Part shown: positions 62,228-64,000 of the stretch, piece by piece | How the letters are laid out: every line of letters begins with the position of its first letter | How positions within the stretch are numbered: position 1 is the stretch's first letter | Origin: Euprymna scolopes | Lineage: Eukaryota | DNA length: 64,000 nucleotides | Direction: 5' to 3' (one strand) | Assembly: GCA_053919585.1 (NCBI GenBank) | Contig: CM132806.1 | The notes under the pieces: generated by a model | Seen by the model: only the letters and a program-made list of their open reading frames with translations | Told to the model about the DNA's origin: nothing | Databases searched by the model: none | Program-made: the position numbers and the translations under genes

Positions 62228-62352
62228 GTTCTTCTAATCTAAGTATAGCCAGATATATGCAAATATACAGGTGAAAAAGCATATTCTTTTAATGTATGTT
62301 AATATTCCTCTTTTGATAAATAGAGTTTATGCAGACATATGAAAATGCATAA
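62228..62352 (+). pseudogene. Orphaned, decayed continuation of the zinc-finger array
   Basis: SSNLSIARYMQI..GEK..YSFNVC*YSSFDK*SLCRHMKMH continues the finger interrupted at 55850. Confidence 0.85.
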
Positions 62353-62899
62353 AGCAAAAGAGTTTGTTACAACATCCTAGAGTGGTTTCAGTCTCCCAAC
62401 ACAAAGGTTTGATAAGTCAAAATGAAATGAGGATACTTTACCCTATATGGCCAAATAATCAAAATAACATATTAGTCAAAGTCTAAATAAGACCCCTTAA
62501 CATAACTAAACTCTGCTGTACATTCTTCTTATGATTTTGACTTAATCAGACAATACAAGTTTTGTTCTAGAATCCGGCAATACAAAAAGATCACAGTACA
62601 GATAAATTATAACACTTAAGTGGATGTTGGGGGATATAAAAAAACTGTTCCTCACTGCTTTACAAACTCAAGATAAGAGAGGTAGTGTGGAATCTTAATT
62701 GAACACTCAGATATCTATGTATCTCATATAAAATTCATATGTTAACCCCAGAAAGGGGCCTCCTTGATTTATGTGAGCAAACTGAAATCAAATGCAAAAA
62801 TAAAGGAAATTTGTATTTTTTTAAATTATGTAGATATTCTTGATGGAAATCAGATTCAGTCAAACATGGGCATACACATATAGAACAAACCTACACCAT

Positions 62900-64000
62900 G
62901 GTCACTAGCAACACTCAAACAAAAGTATCCAACACCTGCTCTTCATGGATAATCTCAGATCCTGACTGAAGTCAACTCATGCAGGTTGTACATACCTTCT
63001 CCAAAGATATTGGAATTGTTTAACCTAGACCATTATGCCAACTGCTCTCTTAGAGCTGAGACGAGAATTCATGTGGAAAACACAGCTTGATGAAGATAGT
63101 GACATTCATAATCTAGAGGAATGGTTACAATACAAATACTTTACAATATAAATACCTTAGCATTGAAGAGAAATATGAAATTAAACATGTCAAGATGAGA
63201 GATAAAATTGGCAGAGAATATGTATGTTATGTAAGAAATCTCTGCAAAACACAGCTTACAAACAAAAACAAAGTAACTGCCATCAACGAATTTAGCATGT
63301 CAATGATAACTTACAGCTTTGGCATTATTGACTTGTCTCAAAAGGACATTAACAAGCTAGACACTAAAATCAGAGAAATGTTGTCACTATATAGAAACAA
63401 GTGTCTTCCAAGACTGTATCTGCCCAGAGTATAGGCCTCAGAAATTAACCATCAACATAGAACCATTATTGTGAACACTGGTCAATATCTGGTGATCCCC
63501 AAAACTCTAACTATAAGGTACATAAAGAAACAAGATCCAGTAAAACAATTTTCATGAGAAAATTGATCAAACATTTTGGACAAGACTATCCTACAACAAG
63601 ACACAAACATCAAACAAAGCTGCCAGAAAAAGAGCCCAAAGGAACACAATAAATACACCAAAACTTTCCATATTGAGAAACTGAAAGAATGTGCCAAGCA
63701 ACAATATGCCAAATACGTTCTTAAAGGACTATCCCAGAAATACATAAATAACAAAGCCTCACTACACTAGCTCGAAAGAGAATCGCTATACTATGATCAG
63801 ATGAACATAATAATGACTGCTCAAGATAAAGGCTTGATGGCCAATGATTTTAAGATGATGGATCTCAACAACAAATGCGAATCTAACACACAGAACTTCA
63901 TGGTTTGAGCCACTTGGGTTTATATTTTAAGTTTCAGCTAGAGATGGCTATTATACAGTACAATGCAATGGAGTGTGTAATTATCTTCACTGAACCATCT
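62900..64000 (+). mobile_element. R4/Dong-like non-LTR retrotransposon remnant (runs off the window)
   Basis: KNKVTAINEF..ITYSFGII..DINKLDTKIR..RLYLPR thumb-region motifs. Confidence 0.75.

Overview
AT-rich animal (probably invertebrate) genomic DNA, almost entirely nested transposable elements, with two N-gaps. The only host-type gene is a six-finger C2H2 zinc-finger ORF (55289-55810), cut short by a frameshift and a 6.4-kb hAT-like insertion. The main signal is a 2.79-kb RAG1/Transib-type DNA transposon (45178-47966). It has a perfect 5-bp TSD (CATTA) and RSS heptamers (CACAGTG) at both tips. Its ends are asymmetric: heptamer, then a 6- or 18-bp spacer, then an identical 11-mer, recalling the 12/23 rule. 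Its uninterrupted 425-aa ORF mixes Transib-type core motifs with RAG1/RAG1L-type additions (ZnC2 extension, Cx2Cx3GHx4C tail), but the N-terminal half is missing and there is no RAG2. A second, decayed RAG1/Transib relic lies about 5 kb downstream. Other notable items: a Penelope element whose pseudo-LTRs carry minimal hammerhead ribozymes next to a tRNA-like Pol III cassette, two short-LTR Gypsy elements whose PBS pairs with their own LTR (self-priming signature), a Mag-type Gypsy with a perfect 43-bp hairpin insertion, and several foldback elements. All family calls come from motif recognition by eye; no database search was run.
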